From Planctomycetota bacterium (GTDB taxonomy: Bacteria; Planctomycetota; PLA2; JAEUHO01): DNA of 64,000 nt. Below the pieces are notes generated by a model, which saw only the letters and a program-made list of their open reading frames with translations, searched no databases and had not been told where the DNA came from. The position numbers and the translations under genes are program-made. Below, one piece after another: positions 8,656 through 17,674 of this stretch; position 1 is the first letter of the stretch; each line of letters starts with the position of its first letter. The DNA lies in assembly GCA_965222115.1 (NCBI GenBank), contig CBDCTJ010000007.1:1248001-1312000 (forward strand), in the 5' to 3' direction.

Positions 8656-9239
8656 TAGGGCGACTCCGAGGAAGGGGACGGTCCATCGGGTTGCGCAAGG
8701 TCAAGCGCTGCTGCGTCGATTCGACGCTGTTCGGCCGCATCGTACTCCCGCTGCTGTTGCCACGCGTGATGACGTTTCACCATACGATTGTGGTTGAGTA
8801 CGTAGCCCAGCGCGTCGCAGATGGCAACGACATTGAGGAGTCCGGCAATCGGGCAGTAGAGTCGCCCTACGTCAAAGTGGGGATAGAACTGTGTCGCGGG
8901 GCCCTGTTCGGTGAGGTAGAGGATCAGCGCCGTCGGGCCGCCAATCAGCGCGTGTCCAATGAACTCCAAGGCGTACTTATCGGGATTGATGCAAAAGCCG
9001 CCAGTTAGGTAGAGGCCCAACCCAAAGAGCCCGGCAATGGCCACGAACAGATAGAGTCCCTTTCCCGGCTTGCCGACGTAGACGTGACCGAGGCCGGGAA
9101 CCAACCAGCCGAGACCCGCCGCGACAAAAGCCGAGCGACGCCACGGAATCGATCGATTGCCAGCGCTGGAGGGTGGCGAGCCGACCGCAACGTGTTCGCG
9201 AGGGGTGAGGGGCTCGGGATGGACATCGGCGTGTGACAC
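8655..9239 (-). CDS. Membrane protein, DUF6677/TM2-like
   Basis: GWLVPGLGHVYVG and IAGLLNVVAICDA motifs, recalled from planctomycete DUF6677-type proteins. Confidence 0.65.
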   Translation of the reverse strand: MSHADVHPEPLTPREHVAVGSPPSSAGNRSIPWRRSAFVAAGLGWLVPGLGHVYVGKPGKGLYLFVAIAGLFGLGLYLTGGFCINPDKYALEFIGHALIGGPTALILYLTEQGPATQFYPHFDVGRLYCPIAGLLNVVAICDALGYVLNHNRMVKRHHAWQQQREYDAAEQRRIDAAALDLAQPDGPSPSSESP

Positions 9240-9289
9240 AACAGAAGAATATCGGCTGAGCTAGCACAAAGACCCCCGATAATCAGGGA

Positions 9290-9769
9290 ATGGGCGCCCC
9301 CAAGCATGATTCGCCAGCCGGTTCGTCGGAAGCCACATCGCTGCGTTCGCACCGGACCGACGTTCGGGTGCGCTACGGCGAAGTGGACTCGATGGGTGTT
9401 GCCTACCACGCGCACTACTTGGTGTTTTTCGAAATGGGTCGCACCGAATACCTGCGGTCCATGGGAGCGAGCTATCGCGCCTTTGAGGATGACGGATTCA
9501 TGCTGGTGGTCGTGGACGTGGGCGTGAAATACGAGCGGCCCGCCCACTATGACGATGTGCTGACCGTGCACACCTGGATTGCGAAGGCTGCGGGCGTACG
9601 CATCCGATTTGAGTACACCGTATGGCGCGACGAGACACGGCTCGCGTCCGGGCACACCACGCTCGCCTGCACGACCAAAGCCGGCCGTCCGTGTCGCGTG
9701 CCCGCAGGCATGAAACGATCCATTGCCGACGCATTGCGACTTCAAAGCGCTGAAAGGAGCGGGGCATGA
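9290..9769 (+). CDS. Acyl-CoA thioesterase, YbgC/FadM (4HBT) family
   Basis: VRYGEVDSMGVAYHAHYLVFFEMGR and PAHYDD motifs. Confidence 0.92.
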   Translation: MGAPKHDSPAGSSEATSLRSHRTDVRVRYGEVDSMGVAYHAHYLVFFEMGRTEYLRSMGASYRAFEDDGFMLVVVDVGVKYERPAHYDDVLTVHTWIAKAAGVRIRFEYTVWRDETRLASGHTTLACTTKAGRPCRVPAGMKRSIADALRLQSAERSGA

Positions 9770-10926
9770 GTGGCGTCCAAGAACGATGCGATCCCTTCGC
9801 GGGGAGCTTTGTCGCGCGTCATGCGTTGGCGCAGAAAGGCGAGGGTGTCATGTCAACCGGAAAGAGTGCGGGCTGTTCCGAATGGCGATCGGTGGTGCGC
9901 GCGATCCTCGCGTTTGGATTGGTGGCCAGCGCATGCCTCATGTTGACCGCGTGTTCATCTTCTCCGGGCGCGGCCAGCCGCGATAGCGACGATGAACCGG
10001 CAAATGAGGCGCGCAAGGAAAAGAAGGCTCGCAAGATTTCAAAGCTTCCCGCGGGCACCAAGGAGGGCTTTGCCCGACTCGATGAGTTGATTGCGCGATG
10101 GGATGCGGCGCAGTCATCCGGCGATGTCAATGAAGCCGATGTCATCAAGTCGCAGTTGATGACCGAGAGCGATACCCAATTCGACGCACTCGCCACCGCC
10201 GCGGAAGGCGCCAACGGTCGCGCTGCGCAACTACTGGCCGTGAGTGCCCTTGGGTTCAGTTCGCGCCCCGAAGCCACCAAAGTGGTTACGTCCGCACTCG
10301 GCAACAACGACCCTCGAATCGTCGGCAATGCGTTGATTGCCCTCAAGTTGCGCGCTGATCCCACGACGCCATTGGGACCGCTCATGAAATGGATAGAACC
10401 ACGGGCGCCGACGTTGCCGCGTCGCTATGCACCGCTTGCACTTGCCAATGTGATGGAAGCACGCAACAAGAGTGGGTATCCAACCGAAGTTGCGGCCGAG
10501 CGCCAGGCGCTGTTGCGCCTCAACACCGTCGTTGAAGATCGTGATCCGTTCGTTCGCCTCCACGCGGCCAAAGCCTTTGGCGCGCTTCAAAATGTGAGCA
10601 CCCACACGCAACTTAAACAACTCATTCAGGACGAAACGCTTCGTGTTCGTTGGGCGGCGGCTGCCGCCTACGAGCGCAGCGGCGACATTCGCGGCTTTCC
10701 CATGGTGCTTCGCGTTCTCAACGACACCCCCGCCAAGAGCAAACACATCGTGCGCGACGTCTTGGTCACCTATGCCGGCAAGTTGCAGGGTTCGCCACTA
10801 TCCGAGGGCGAAGTTCAAGCCATGGGCGCAGCACCACATGCCTGGGGCCGCTGGTTTAGCAGTCTCAAAGAATCCAAAGGCATCGACCCCAACAGCGAAC
10901 TCGGCGCCGAACTCCGCGGCACCTAG
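9766..10926 (+). CDS. HEAT-repeat lipoprotein (start may be ATG 9850)
   Basis: Lipobox LTAC. Repeats DPRIVGNALIAL, DPFVRLHAAKAFG and LRVRWAAAAA. ATGA overlap with the thioesterase. Confidence 0.75.
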   Translation: MSGVQERCDPFAGSFVARHALAQKGEGVMSTGKSAGCSEWRSVVRAILAFGLVASACLMLTACSSSPGAASRDSDDEPANEARKEKKARKISKLPAGTKEGFARLDELIARWDAAQSSGDVNEADVIKSQLMTESDTQFDALATAAEGANGRAAQLLAVSALGFSSRPEATKVVTSALGNNDPRIVGNALIALKLRADPTTPLGPLMKWIEPRAPTLPRRYAPLALANVMEARNKSGYPTEVAAERQALLRLNTVVEDRDPFVRLHAAKAFGALQNVSTHTQLKQLIQDETLRVRWAAAAAYERSGDIRGFPMVLRVLNDTPAKSKHIVRDVLVTYAGKLQGSPLSEGEVQAMGAAPHAWGRWFSSLKESKGIDPNSELGAELRGT

Positions 10927-11034
10927 ACTCGGCGCCCAACAAGTACTTTCAGCGCTGCGCTCAAGAAGCCTTCGATGCGATTCAATCGTGCGAGATTGAG
11001 AACGAGGAGAAGTAGCGCGATCTAGGAGAAGTTC

Positions 11035-11307
11035 ATGAACTCGATCTTCGTCGCGGCGGCCTTATTGATTGCCTGTCATTTCGCGAAACGTCCAGTCTCG
11101 CTTGGCGCTGCGTGGGGGGGCACATCGCTATTGGCACTTGGCTCCTTGCTTCCGATAATTGCAACGGTTAGTAACCACTCGGATGCAGAGAATTTGATTC
11201 TGGTTGGTGGCATTGCCGCGATTCTCGGTTCGTTGATCATATTCGGCGGCGTCGTTAAGGCGCTCGCAGCAAGGCCGAGAACGGCATCGGCCAAACCCAA
11301 GGCATAG
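11035..11307 (+). CDS. Small hydrophobic membrane protein
   Basis: AGGAG RBS and three hydrophobic stretches. Appears lower in GC than its neighbours. Confidence 0.55.
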   Translation: MNSIFVAAALLIACHFAKRPVSLGAAWGGTSLLALGSLLPIIATVSNHSDAENLILVGGIAAILGSLIIFGGVVKALAARPRTASAKPKA

Positions 11308-11330
11308 CAGCTATGGGGGTGGCATAGACA

Positions 11331-11945
11331 TTGTCTGGGCAACACAAGCAGTTTCGTGTTGGCGGACAAAGCAAATTGGCGCGTGATATTCGTGCGTGCA
11401 CGCTTTGCGCGGAGCATCTACCACTTGGCCCTCGCCCCGTTGTGTCATTTCAGAAACGCTCTCGCGTCCTCATCGTGGGTCAAGCACCCGGAACGCGCGT
11501 TCATGCGACGGGGTTACCGTGGAATGACCCCAGTGGCGTGCGCCTTCGTGAATGGATGGGGATCGATGCGACCGACTTTTACGACGCGCGACGTATTGCG
11601 ATTGTCCCCATGGGATTTTGTTATCCGGGACGCGCAGCGCGTGGTGATGCGCCACCGCGTCCCGAATGCGCGGCCACCTGGATGGATTCTGTACGCCAAT
11701 ACCTGAGCCACGTGCAGCTAACGTTGCTTGTTGGTCAATATGCTCAGGCGCACTTCCTAGAAGACAAGCGCAAGCGCACGCTCACAGAGACCGTTCGCGC
11801 GTGGCGTACTTACATGCCGGCCTATTTCGTGCTTCCGCACCCGTCACCGCGCAACAACCTCTGGCTGCGTCGAAACCCATGGTTCACGCGCGACACCGTT
11901 CCAGCGTTACGCCGCGCGGTGGCTCGCGCCCTGGCGGCGGAGTAG
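11331..11945 (+). CDS. Uracil-DNA glycosylase superfamily protein
   Basis: CTLC, VGQAPG, PWNDPSG, MGFCYPG, PPRPEC and LPHPSPRN motifs. Confidence 0.9.
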   Translation: MSGQHKQFRVGGQSKLARDIRACTLCAEHLPLGPRPVVSFQKRSRVLIVGQAPGTRVHATGLPWNDPSGVRLREWMGIDATDFYDARRIAIVPMGFCYPGRAARGDAPPRPECAATWMDSVRQYLSHVQLTLLVGQYAQAHFLEDKRKRTLTETVRAWRTYMPAYFVLPHPSPRNNLWLRRNPWFTRDTVPALRRAVARALAAE

Positions 11946-12016
11946 CACCACCGGCCCGGTGCCGCATGGCGTAGGGGGTACATCGGCGTGCCTGGCACCA
12001 TTGTGTATGCGTTGCG

Positions 12017-13186
12017 CTAGGAGGGGTGGGTGCGGAGGTAGCCGAGGCCTGGGATGCGTTTGACCCAGCCTTCGAGTTCCCAGTGGGTGAGGGCGGCGCG
12101 GAGGGTATGGGCGGGAAGATCTGTGCGTGTACACAACACGTCGGCGGTAGCCGCAACGCTGTCGTCGAGGGATCGCCAAAGCGAACCATAGCGATCGACG
12201 TCGGGTGGGGCCGAAACGGCTTGAAGCGACTCCTGATCCTCACCCGGATCGCGACCCAGCGCAGTCAGCACGTCGTGAACGCCTGTGCATAGTGAAGCGG
12301 CGCCCGATTGAAGAAGAGCGTGGCTGCCAACATGTTCGTCGCCGCGAATGCTCCCGGGCACGACCAAGACGTCTCGGCCTGCGTCCAATGCCAAGTGGGC
12401 CGTGATCAGCGCGCCGCTTTTCTTGGGCGCTTCCACGACTACAACGGCGTCAGCCCAGGAGGCCACCAGGCGATTGCGTTCGGGGAAGTGCCATCGTTCG
12501 GGCGTGGTGCCGGGAGGATACTCCGAAACGAATACGCCACTCGTGTGCATGGCGGATCGTAGGTCGCTGTGTGCACGTGGGTAGGGCACGTCGATGCCGC
12601 AACCCAAGACCGCCACGGTAGCGGGTCCCTCCACTTGAACAGAGTCGCGTTGGTCGCTTCCTTGAATGGCGCCTCGATGGGCGGCGCCATCGATTCCCAG
12701 CGCGAATCCGCTAATCACGCACACGCCGTGACGCGCCAAGTCGGACGCAAGTGACTGTGCGACGTCACGCCCGTATCCGCTCGCGCGCCGGGTACCAACA
12801 ATGGCGACGCGTGGAGTGGCAGCGCCGGGTAGCGTGCCCTTAACGTAGAGCGCCAGCGGTGGATCCGTATTGCCTTCAAACAGCCAGTCAGCATCCGTTT
12901 CGTCTTCGGGTGTGACAACGCGTTGACCCATGCGTGCCGCTGATTCACGAACGATGTCCACGTGTACGTCGCGCAAGGCTTCATGAAACTTGCGAGCGCG
13001 GACGTCGCTTACCACGCTCGCAAGTTGGGCCATCGAGGCATGAAGCGTGTCTTGCGGCGAGAGATGGCGGAGCACCGTGCGCTTGGTGCGTAACCCCACG
13101 CCACGCGCAAGTGCGATTTTTAGCCAAGCCGATGATGAAGCGGTCGTGTTCACACTCCTACTTCGCACGACGGGCGGATTGGCCAC
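12017..13186 (-). CDS. dprA: DNA-processing protein DprA/Smf
   Basis: AIVGTRRASGYG, SGFALGIDGAAH, FPERNRL and SGALITA, plus a C-terminal winged helix. Confidence 0.96.
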   Translation of the reverse strand: MANPPVVRSRSVNTTASSSAWLKIALARGVGLRTKRTVLRHLSPQDTLHASMAQLASVVSDVRARKFHEALRDVHVDIVRESAARMGQRVVTPEDETDADWLFEGNTDPPLALYVKGTLPGAATPRVAIVGTRRASGYGRDVAQSLASDLARHGVCVISGFALGIDGAAHRGAIQGSDQRDSVQVEGPATVAVLGCGIDVPYPRAHSDLRSAMHTSGVFVSEYPPGTTPERWHFPERNRLVASWADAVVVVEAPKKSGALITAHLALDAGRDVLVVPGSIRGDEHVGSHALLQSGAASLCTGVHDVLTALGRDPGEDQESLQAVSAPPDVDRYGSLWRSLDDSVAATADVLCTRTDLPAHTLRAALTHWELEGWVKRIPGLGYLRTHPS

Positions 13187-13218
13187 AGGCGTTCGACCGA
13201 TTTGCCAGCCCTCGTCTC

Positions 13219-13256
13219 AAAAATGCGAAGAGCCGCCGGAGATTCCGACGGCTCTT
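13219..13256 (-). terminator. Intrinsic terminator downstream of the putative major pilin
   Basis: Minus strand reads AAGAGCCGTCGGA-ATC-TCCGGCGGCTCTT then CGCATTTTT. Confidence 0.8.
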
Positions 13257-13270
13257 GCGATGCTAGAGTT

Positions 13271-13294
13271 TCGGCCTCGCGGAGGCGAGGCCGA
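13271..13294. other. Perfect 10-bp hairpin in the pilin 3' UTR
   Basis: TCGGCCTCGC-GGAG-GCGAGGCCGA. Confidence 0.7.
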
Positions 13295-13314
13295 GTTGAG
13301 GTAGCTAGTTAGAA

Positions 13315-13989
13315 CTAGTTGACCTGCTTCCAGATGTTGCCATCTACGCCAGCTTCACCGATGGCGATGACGCCTGTGATTTCACCAGCGACAAGGAAGG
13401 CCGAGTCGTGCGCAGGGCCAGCACCTGTACCCGAGTAGAGGTCGGATTCCGTCGTCGTTACGTCACCGGCTTGGTTCGTGAAGAACGTGCGGTTACCGGA
13501 CTGGTTGTAGTTGACGGGCCACGCGTAGCAGCACCAGGTCGTCTCAGCGAGGTCAGCGTTGATCGCGCCACCGGGTGCGTAACCGGCCTGAGGCTCGGCA
13601 ACACCTGCACCGTTGTCATCGGGAAGGTACATCTGGAAGAAGTACCCGCTACGGCTCACTTCGCCATTGGCGTTGAGCTGACGGAAAGCACCCGAGAGTA
13701 CCGGGGGTACAAGCGGGGCGTCCATACGACCAGCCGCTTCACCGGAGAGCTCAACGAACCCACCGTATTCACCCGTTCCATCGGGCTCGATGTCGTCGTC
13801 AGCCTTGGCGCCCTGCTGGAACTGGGCCTGTGCAGAAACAATGTTGCGAAGCGTCGCAACCGCCGCCGTCTCGTTGGCCGACAAACGGGCCGCCAAGAGG
13901 TTCGGGATAGCGATCGCAGCGATGATGGCGATGATCGCGATCACGATCATCAACTCAATCAGCGTGAAACCAGATTGCTTGCGGTTCAT
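13315..13989 (-). CDS. Type IV pilin, probable major pilin (DUF2950-like C-terminal motif)
   Basis: MNRKQSG|FTLIELMIV class III signal, GGAG RBS, YAWPVNYNQSGNRTFF. True start is ATG 13989, not 14358. Confidence 0.9.
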   Translation of the reverse strand: MNRKQSGFTLIELMIVIAIIAIIAAIAIPNLLAARLSANETAAVATLRNIVSAQAQFQQGAKADDDIEPDGTGEYGGFVELSGEAAGRMDAPLVPPVLSGAFRQLNANGEVSRSGYFFQMYLPDDNGAGVAEPQAGYAPGGAINADLAETTWCCYAWPVNYNQSGNRTFFTNQAGDVTTTESDLYSGTGAGPAHDSAFLVAGEITGVIAIGEAGVDGNIWKQVN

Positions 13990-14339
13990 AGCTTGAAATA
14001 CTCCGTTAGAACAAACTCGAAAGGAATGTGTGTTAGTGCCCTGCCCGTCGCCGCGTAGATCCGCAGAAACGGACACGGGTTCCTTGCCAGGACGAGGACC
14101 TATCGACGTTGACCCCATGACGCTTGAGCCCTTGAGTGAGAAATATGACTTTCTAGGCTCAGCTACGAGACGATTTGTGCGTCTGAGATCGCGATAACAA
14201 TGCTGGCGAACGCTAGGTATGAGCCACAGCAAGTCCATTGGCTGCGAATTGTAATCAACCGTTAGATACTGTGTCACACTAGGGTATGCGGCTATTCCAA
14301 GGACGTGGCGCGCCAGTGCCGCTGAAGATGTGTGCTCAA

Positions 14340-15041
14340 TTAGTTGGCTTGGCGCCACGTGTTCCCATCCGCGCCAATGCCTCCGATGGCTACCGAACCC
14401 ATCATCGAGCCTGCGTCAAGATAGGCCGCGTCGAATGGGGGCCCGCCGTTTGGGCCCTGATAACTCGGGTCTTCTGCGAAGAGTACGTCCCCACTTTGAT
14501 TGGTGAAGAACGTACGGTTTCCCGTCTGGTTGTAATTGACGGGCCAGGCGTAACAACACCACGCGCTCTCGGCAGCATTAGCACCGACACTGCCATTGTC
14601 CGCATAGCCCGTGGTGGGCTCGGGAACACCCGCGCCTGCGGGGCTCGGAAGAAACATTCGAAACAGATAACCGCTGCGTGAAATTGCACCGTCACCAGAA
14701 AGAAGGCGGAATTGGCCTGAAAGCACGGGAGGCACTAGTGGTCCATTCATACGCCCTGCGAGCGCGCCGGAGAGTTCCGCAAAGCCACCGTACTCTCCAT
14801 GCCCGTTCGCGTTGGTGTCGGCGTTGCCCCCTTGTTGAAACTGGGCCTGCGCTGAGACAATATTGCGAATAGTGGCGATAGCCGCCGTTTCGTTGGCCGA
14901 GAGCCGTGCGGCCAGCAAATTTGGAATCGCAATTGCCGCAATAATGGCAATGATCGCAATGACGATCATGAGCTCGACGAGCGTAAAGCCGCGTCGATGC
15001 GCGGAACGGTGGAATGCAGTGGGAGTACGCATGAGGTACAT
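14340..15041 (-). CDS. Type IV pilin paralog
   Basis: RRG|FTLVELMIV. About 68% identical to the neighbouring pilin by manual count. Start at 15041 or 15032. Confidence 0.88.
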   Translation of the reverse strand: MYLMRTPTAFHRSAHRRGFTLVELMIVIAIIAIIAAIAIPNLLAARLSANETAAIATIRNIVSAQAQFQQGGNADTNANGHGEYGGFAELSGALAGRMNGPLVPPVLSGQFRLLSGDGAISRSGYLFRMFLPSPAGAGVPEPTTGYADNGSVGANAAESAWCCYAWPVNYNQTGNRTFFTNQSGDVLFAEDPSYQGPNGGPPFDAAYLDAGSMMGSVAIGGIGADGNTWRQAN

Positions 15042-15251
15042 AGGTCTCGCCGTGATGCCGAGCCCTCCACCTTGGGCTGCGACAACCGCCAGACAATGGC
15101 TCCAGAGAGTTGCGAAACGGGGGATCGCGAGCTCACCCAACGCGGAGACGCGGTGTAGCTCACCACCACGCAAACGATCTATGCCGCGTGGCGTGGCGCT
15201 TATCGGCCCGATGCGCTTGTTTGCTTAACACTTTTTTTCGAAACAGTGCCG

Positions 15252-16283
15252 CTATCTCAGCTGCTTGTACTCCGCGTATTTGTTCTCGACCTTTGCCGCC
15301 TCGATGGGATTTGCGTCGCGCGCGAGTGTCCAAGACCGTTCGGCGAGATGTTGTTTCCCGCGCTTCAAGAATGCTCGTGTGCAGGAGAGCTGAACGTTGT
15401 AGTCGCGCCCCGCTCGTTTATGAAGCGACTTCCAAATGTCGAGCGATTCACTGGGCGAAACGAAATTTGCCAGCGTCTCGAACACGATGGCGATGGTGCC
15501 CCGTGACGTCCATTCTCGACCACCTGCACGCCGAACGGGGCGACGTTTGAGTGTGTCGGGCGTTGCGTCCACGAATGAGCGCAATGCGCGTTCTGCATCG
15601 GCGCGTTGACCGAGCTTCTCAAGCACGCCCGCGCGCACCACCAACTCCAAACCGTTCAGTGGATCCGTGACGGGTCGAAGCGAGGGTTGGCCAAGGGCAT
15701 CCAAGGCACGTTCAAAGTCGCCTTCCGCCAATCGAACATAGGCGCGTTCGAGCGCAATGGCGTCGAGGCAGGCTGCATCGGAGGTGAGCGCCCGCGCCCG
15801 ATCGAGTGCACTCTCCGCATCCGCGTAGCGCTTCTGACTTCGGAACGCGATTGCGCGCCAACGCTCCACCCGCGACCCAATGTGATCCGCAACTTCGCGG
15901 CCCTCAAACTCCTCGTCAATCACGAATTCGAGCTTGCGTCCTGTAGGATCTTTGGCCAGCAACAGGGGCATGTTCTCGAGAAACTTCGAATCCACTTCGA
16001 TGGCGTGCGCGGCATCCGACTTCTTGCGTGCCTCGAGCATGAGGTAGAGTCCCAGCCCCAAGGCGATACCGAGCGAGTAGAGAATCGCTCGCGCGAGAAC
16101 GGGATGACGCTTGCGCCATGGTTTCTGCGGCGATGTATTGCTCGCCGCACGCGTTTCCTCGGCTGCGTCACGTCCGGCTGCGTCACATTCGAGTACGTCG
16201 TGGCCCACAGTCGCTGCGGCATCATCGCGTTCCAGGGCGGAATCGTCTGGCATGGTTGCAAGTTTCGTCATGGATGACTCCAA
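15252..16283 (-). CDS. Membrane-anchored TPR-like protein in the pilus operon
   Basis: One TM helix (AILYSLGIALGLGLYLML), then helical repeats YADAESALDRA and FERALDAL. Confidence 0.7.
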   Translation of the reverse strand: MESSMTKLATMPDDSALERDDAAATVGHDVLECDAAGRDAAEETRAASNTSPQKPWRKRHPVLARAILYSLGIALGLGLYLMLEARKKSDAAHAIEVDSKFLENMPLLLAKDPTGRKLEFVIDEEFEGREVADHIGSRVERWRAIAFRSQKRYADAESALDRARALTSDAACLDAIALERAYVRLAEGDFERALDALGQPSLRPVTDPLNGLELVVRAGVLEKLGQRADAERALRSFVDATPDTLKRRPVRRAGGREWTSRGTIAIVFETLANFVSPSESLDIWKSLHKRAGRDYNVQLSCTRAFLKRGKQHLAERSWTLARDANPIEAAKVENKYAEYKQLR

Positions 16284-16295
16284 GAACGCTTGCGA

Positions 16296-17600
16296 CTACC
16301 TAGCAGCCAACTGCTTCTGGAGCTCGAAGATGGGCAAGAAGACCGACAAACAGATGGTACCCACCATAATACCCATCACCGCAATCATGATGGGCTCAAT
16401 CAAGCTCGTGAGCTGCTTGACGGTGGCGTTGACTTGATCGTCGTAGAACTCGGAGATCTTCTCAAGCAGCACTTCGAGTGAACCGGTCTTCTCGCCAATA
16501 CCTACCATGCGCGTGACCATGGGCGGGAATACCGGGCTCTCGGCCAACGGCCCCGCCAGGCTTTCACCTTGGCGCACGTTGTCTCGTGCCGCCATGACGG
16601 CGTCGCTGATAATGCGATTACCTGACGTGTCGGCCACGATTTCCAGCGCACCCAGCATAGGCACACCGGATTTAATCATTGTGGAGAAGGTCTTGGAGAA
16701 GCGTGAAAGCCCGACTTTCTGAAAGAGGCTGCCAAATACGGGCAGATGGAGCATCATCCAGTCCCACTGGTAGCCGCCCTTGTCCGTCTTCTTGTAGATC
16801 TTGAGGGCGATGAATACAAGGACCATGCCGAGTAGGATCATCATCCAGTTCTCTTGGCAGAATTCACTGGCTGCGAGTACGCCCTTGGTCAAGCCGGGAA
16901 GTTCCACGTCAAGCGAGGAAAACACATCTTTGAACTTGGGAACGACGCCAATCATCAAGAAGCCGGTGATGCCGAAGATCAACACGAGCGAAACGACCGG
17001 GTAGGTCATGGCGCTCTTAATGTTGCGCTTGAGCTTCTGGTTGGCTTCCATGTAGTCAGCCAAACGCGTGAGAATGTCGTCGAGCTGACCGGATGCCTCA
17101 CCGGCCTTGATCATGCTCACGTACACATCGCTAAACGCCTTGGGATAGGGCTGGAGCGATGAACTGAGGTCCTGACCGCCGCGAACCGATGCGATAACTT
17201 CGCCGAGCAGCATATCGAATTGCTTGGAGGCGGCCTGCTCGCGCAAGATCTCCAACGACTCCAGCATGGGAATACCGGCCTGAATCATGGTGGCCAGCTG
17301 CCGCGTGAAAATGACGATCTCTTCAAACTTGCGGACACCGGGCTTGATCTTCCCGATCGTCATGTTGAGGCTAAAGCCACCCTTACTACTCTCACCGGGC
17401 TTCGTCGCGGGAGCAGCCACAGGTCGCGGCGCTGCTTCACTCTTTCCCGGCTTTGCGCGCCCGCCCTTGGCCTCAATGCGCACGGGCATGAGCTTGCGGC
17501 GGCGAAGTTCTTCCACCAACGCGTTTTCGTTGTCCGCGTTGAGGCTGCCTTTTACGGTGCGACCGTCGGTACCAATCGCGCTGTACTTGAAACTGGGCAT
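16296..17600 (-). CDS. pilC: Type IV pilus / T2SS inner membrane platform protein (GspF family)
   Basis: FTRQLATMIQAG, AGEASGQLD, SAMTYP, GEKTGSL and LIEPIM motifs. Confidence 0.95.
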   Translation of the reverse strand: MPSFKYSAIGTDGRTVKGSLNADNENALVEELRRRKLMPVRIEAKGGRAKPGKSEAAPRPVAAPATKPGESSKGGFSLNMTIGKIKPGVRKFEEIVIFTRQLATMIQAGIPMLESLEILREQAASKQFDMLLGEVIASVRGGQDLSSSLQPYPKAFSDVYVSMIKAGEASGQLDDILTRLADYMEANQKLKRNIKSAMTYPVVSLVLIFGITGFLMIGVVPKFKDVFSSLDVELPGLTKGVLAASEFCQENWMMILLGMVLVFIALKIYKKTDKGGYQWDWMMLHLPVFGSLFQKVGLSRFSKTFSTMIKSGVPMLGALEIVADTSGNRIISDAVMAARDNVRQGESLAGPLAESPVFPPMVTRMVGIGEKTGSLEVLLEKISEFYDDQVNATVKQLTSLIEPIMIAVMGIMVGTICLSVFLPIFELQKQLAAR

Positions 17601-17674
17601 CGAAACTCCTCGCGAACGACCGTTCGGCTCGTATTCCTATCGGCTGTTCGCCCGTCGTTCTGACAGGGCTAGAC

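Noticed and set aside
13990-14358. Long N-terminal extension of the pilin in the ORF track
   Set aside because: The class III signal and RBS place the start at 13989. The upstream stretch looks like AT-richer promoter DNA.
13990-15250. Sigma-54 promoter for the pilins
   Set aside because: No TGGCAC-N5-TTGC with correct GG-N10-GC spacing found by eye.
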